Position numbers and translations under genes: made by a program | The notes under the pieces: model-generated | What the model saw: the letters and a program-made list of their open reading frames with translations, nothing else | Databases searched by the model: none | What the model was told of the DNA's origin: nothing | In this document: in pieces, positions 62,345 through 64,000 of the stretch | How the letters are laid out: every line of letters begins with the position of its first letter | Numbering within the stretch: position 1 is the stretch's first letter | From: Rhizobium sp. Q54 | GTDB taxonomy: Bacteria > Pseudomonadota > Alphaproteobacteria > UBA2966 > CAIVPW01 | Assembly (NCBI GenBank): GCA_945889645.1 | Contig: CAMDCA010000005.1 | Span: 7,728 to 71,727, forward strand | Length of the DNA stretch: 64,000 bases | Direction of reading: 5' to 3'

Positions 62345-63096
62345 GGCCTAGAGACTTCGGAGGCGAACATGTAGCCGCCGCCGCGAACCGTCTTGATGCG
62401 CACCGGTTCGCGCGGATCGTCCTCGATCTTGCGGCGCAGGCGGCTGATCTGGACGTCGATGCTGCGGTCGAATGGAACGGTGTCGCGCCCGCGGGTCAGG
62501 TCCAGCAGCTGATCGCGCGTCAACACACGCTGGGCGCGTTCGACCAACGCGAGCAACAGGTCGTATTCGCCGGACGTCAGCGGGACGAGTTCGCCGTCCG
62601 GGCGGAACAGTTCGCGCCGGTCGGTGTCTAGCTTCCAGCCTTCGAACACCAGCACGCCCTTGCGGCCTTCGGCGCTTGGCGTCGACTCGGCGCGGCGCAT
62701 GACGGCGCGAATGCGCGCCAGCAACTCGCGCGGATTGAATGGTTTGGCGACGTAGTCGTCCGCACCCATCTCCAGGCCGATGATGCGATCGGTGTCCTCG
62801 CCGACCGCGGTCAGCATGATGACGGGCATCTGCGACGTCGACCGCACCCAGCGGCACAGCGCCAGGCCGTCCTCGCCCGGTAGCATGAGGTCGAGGACGA
62901 TGAGCTCGAAGCGTCCCGCCTCCATCGCCTTGCGCATTTCACGGCCGTCGGCCGCCGCCGTCGCCCGGAAGCCGTGCTTGCGCAGGAATCGGGACAGGAG
63001 GTCACGGATTTCGCGGTCGTCATCGACGATCAGGATGTGCGGGCTAGTTTCCACCGCCTGAAATATAGCGGGAGGCGCGGGTTTTTCGGCCCCCAA
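62341..63096 (-). CDS. OmpR-family response regulator, cognate to the adjacent kinase
   Basis: Receiver motifs ILIVDDD and LDLMLPGEDG plus a winged-helix output domain. Stop overlaps the kinase start. Confidence 0.85.
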   Translation of the reverse strand: MGAEKPAPPAIFQAVETSPHILIVDDDREIRDLLSRFLRKHGFRATAAADGREMRKAMEAGRFELIVLDLMLPGEDGLALCRWVRSTSQMPVIMLTAVGEDTDRIIGLEMGADDYVAKPFNPRELLARIRAVMRRAESTPSAEGRKGVLVFEGWKLDTDRRELFRPDGELVPLTSGEYDLLLALVERAQRVLTRDQLLDLTRGRDTVPFDRSIDVQISRLRRKIEDDPREPVRIKTVRGGGYMFASEVSRP

Positions 63097-63266
63097 TGGT
63101 GACGAACGGTGTCAGGGGCGCTGTGCGGCAACGCCCTGTTACCAAAAGGGCCTCGCCGGAAACATACGGAAAGATGCGCGAAACGCGCGCGCAACAGGGG
63201 CGGCCTACAACCCGAGGGTGCGCGGCAACGTCGCCGTGACGGCTACGAATTCGAAGGAGAAACCCC

Positions 63267-63563
63267 ATGAACCTCAAGACCCTCGCCCTTTCCGCCGCCC
63301 TGGTTACCGGCCTTGTTGCGCCCATGGCGCAGGCCATCATCGTGGTTCCGGCCGCCTATGCCACCGGGGTCGTGACCGCAGTCGACGCAGCCCGCGGCAC
63401 CGTCACCGTGGACGGCATCGCCTACACGGCGACCCCCACCCGGCTGAACGACGTCACCACCGGCAGCCAGATCGGCGTCGCCTACCTCACGGTCGGCGGC
63501 AAGCTGACGGCCATCGCGATTGAGCCGGCGGCGACCGAGGCCGGCGACGAGATGGCCGAGTAG
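63267..63563 (+). CDS. Small secreted protein (98 aa, Ala/Thr/Val-rich) divergent from the two-component operon
   Basis: Strong SD (GAAGGAGAAACCCC-ATG). Signal peptide MNLKTLALSAALVTGLVAPMAQA. A hairpin terminator follows. Confidence 0.55.
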   Translation: MNLKTLALSAALVTGLVAPMAQAIIVVPAAYATGVVTAVDAARGTVTVDGIAYTATPTRLNDVTTGSQIGVAYLTVGGKLTAIAIEPAATEAGDEMAE

Positions 63564-63814
63564 GTAGTACCGCATAGTCCTGTTTTGCTCCGAAGCGGGG
63601 CGCGCGATGAGCGCGCTCCGTTTCGTTGTGAAGGGTGCCATCCCGCCGTTGACGCCAGCGCGTCCGGAGAATTGTTACGGATCATTGCGGCCGCTGTTCC
63701 TGCAATGGACGGTAACCAAACGCTCCTTGCCGCGAAATCGCGCCGCAATACGCTCTCTCTACAAATTCAATCGCGCGGCCGGAGCCGTGTGATTGAGGAC
63801 GCAAGGAGAGGCAA

Positions 63815-64000
63815 ATGAATCGCAAGTACGTTTATGCCGGAGCAGCCGCCGCGGCATTCGCCCTGCCGCTGGTGCTGATGTCCCTGCCGACCGTGGCGCA
63901 GGAAACGGCGCCGCTGGTGCGGCAGGTCCCGATGGCCGACCACATGCAGGAGATGCTGCGCAACGGCGACATGCGCGGCATGATGGAGATGCTGCAGGCC
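63815..64000 (+). CDS. Partial periplasmic protein (possibly CpxP/Spy-like); runs off the window end
   Basis: SD AAGGAGAGG. Signal peptide MNRKYVYAGAAAAAFALPLVLMSLPTVAQE. A Met-rich helical start (HMQEMLRNGDMRGMMEMLQ). Confidence 0.4.
   Translation, partial: MNRKYVYAGAAAAAFALPLVLMSLPTVAQETAPLVRQVPMADHMQEMLRNGDMRGMMEMLQA

Overview
High-GC (~67%) alphaproteobacterial chromosome segment, Rhizobiales-like in gene order, covering the conserved origin-proximal core. The main content is a replication-origin-proximal cluster: mnmE-mnmG-rsmG-parA-parB (minus strand) converging on holA-lptE-leuS (plus strand). Further along are rho, a hemE-hemH-hemJ operon, and then maf-aroE-coaE-dnaQ / secB on the far side of a 323-bp relatively AT-rich intergenic region that I interpret as the chromosomal oriC. 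The remainder holds Tim44-like and Smr genes, hslVU, a his operon (hisB-DUF2628-hisH-GNAT-hisA-hisF-hisE), HIT, adenosine kinase, nth, dapB, the dnaKJ and hrcA-grpE heat-shock loci, rph-rdgB-hemW, an LpoA-like/rsmI/yraN/BON (yraL-P-like) cluster, gshB, and a two-component system flanked by small secreted proteins. Non-coding features I can support from the sequence are a ZTP (pfl) riboswitch in the purH leader, two near-consensus parS sites (one overlapping the annotated parA start), sigma32-type promoters for hslVU and dnaK, several intrinsic terminators, a REP-like nested palindrome, and a candidate terminator-ended sRNA downstream of gshB. I found no CRISPR array, tRNA or rRNA genes, integrases or transposases, and no obvious multi-gene defence island. 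The most unusual coding content is two TPR-enzyme fusions (TPR-GT9 glycosyltransferase; TPR-sulfotransferase translationally coupled to ogt and a DUF255 thioredoxin-domain protein), an MBL-hydrolase/OmpR-regulator/Ala-Pro-rich hypothetical trio, and the HK/RR/small-periplasmic-protein module at the right end. Motif coordinates are accurate to about +/-2 nt because I counted them by hand.
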